A DNA stretch of 64,000 bases from the NCBI GenBank assembly GCA_046539305.1, contig JBKHHE010000003.1, forward strand, positions 1,369-65,368, given 5' to 3'. Positions within the stretch are counted from its first letter, which is position 1. Each line of letters begins with the position of its first letter. Positions 63,585 through 64,000 of this stretch are shown in pieces. Below the pieces are notes generated by a model. The model ran no database searches, was not told where the DNA came from, and was given only the letters and a program-made list of their open reading frames with translations. This DNA comes from Candidatus Aenigmatarchaeota archaeon (GTDB lineage Archaea; Aenigmatarchaeota; Aenigmatarchaeia; PWEA01). The position numbers were made by a program, and so were the translations under genes.

Positions 63585-64000
63585 CTACCTGAAGTGAGAT
63601 TCTATTTCTGCGTCCTTTCCTTCAAACTTCCGTCTCAATTCCTCTATAGATTCTTCCAGGACCTCTTCGCCCCTTTTCAGATCTTTTACTTCTTTGACAA
63701 TTTCGTATTCAGGGGCCGAGATGTATTTGAAATCCACACCGCTCTTTTCCTCCACGTCCAGCAACGACTTTCTGATCAGTTCTATACCATCAGGTTCCCA
63801 GGTCCTTAATGTGAACCGTCCCTTGACCTCCTCCATTTTTATTTTCAAGTTCTTTTCTCCTGTTTTCTTCAGTTCCTCGGCCCATTCTTGGTCCAAACCC
63901 CTTTTTTCGAGCTCCTCCACTCCCTTTCTAACTGCAATTTCGAAGGGCTCCAGCATGTCCTTGAAGTTTTCCTGGAGGCTGAACCCAATTTCTTCGTAAA
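63585..64000 (-). CDS. eif2a: Translation initiation factor 2 subunit alpha (aIF2-alpha), C-terminal part; the gene continues past the window end
   Basis: The frame is open to position 64000. The domain-3 pattern 'VDFKYISAPEYEIVKEV' matches the family motif '..Y.GAP.Y.I'. The helical domain-2 segment precedes it. Confidence 0.75.
   Translation of the reverse strand, partial: YEEIGFSLQENFKDMLEPFEIAVRKGVEELEKRGLDQEWAEELKKTGEKNLKIKMEEVKGRFTLRTWEPDGIELIRKSLLDVEEKSGVDFKYISAPEYEIVKEVKDLKRGEEVLEESIEELRRKFEGKDAEIESHFR

Overview
The window is a gene-dense archaeal chromosome segment. Archaeal identity is supported by the RNase P proteins Rpp21, Pop5 and Rpp30, by L7Ae, Nop10, Spt4, Rpo7 and Rpo6, by aIF2 alpha and gamma, aIF5B and aIF6, by e-type ribosomal proteins, and by BHB-type tRNA introns. 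I see about 70 protein genes, 2 intron-containing tRNAs (Trp-CCA and Gly-UCC) and one previously unlisted box C/D sRNA candidate. I found no rRNA, CRISPR array or transposon. The only mobile element is a LAGLIDADG intein in the P-loop of aIF5B. Gene content is mostly housekeeping: translation and transcription, SecDF and FtsY, and isoprenoid or mevalonate entry (thiolase, DUF35-HMGCS, GGPP synthase, geranylgeranyl reductase). It also includes UDP-GlcNAc synthesis (glmS, a split glmU-like pair, a PGM/PMM mutase), ion transport (two tandem CPA2-RCK antiporters, a P-type ATPase, an H+-PPase), acetyl-CoA synthetase, a 2-oxoacid:ferredoxin oxidoreductase and an nrdR-nrdD-nrdG operon. Proteins are strongly E/D-rich, often with poly-acidic tails, and class III RNR points to an anaerobe. 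A salt-adapted lineage such as a nanohaloarchaeon or a halophilic methanogen relative is only an inference. Items most worth follow-up: (1) ribosomal protein L31e is fused to two classical C2H2 zinc fingers plus a roughly 45-aa C-terminal module that recurs at about 70% identity on S24e; (2) a C/D sRNA candidate has a D' guide matching the 23S P-loop; (3) the tRNA-Trp intron contains a near-perfect K-turn and a guide that selects C34; (4) a 786-aa secreted protein carries a ComEA-type HhH DNA-binding domain; (5) two genes have conserved N-termini upstream of any ATG, GTG or TTG, next to SD-like motifs and AUU or AUC codons; (6) a surface glycoprotein has its TM anchor in the +1 frame; (7) nrdRDG, with tandem NrdR-box-like palindromes, sits between aIF2alpha and Nop10. 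I did not recognise a coherent new multi-gene system such as a defence island. All calls come from reading the sequence and ORF translations by eye; no searches were run.
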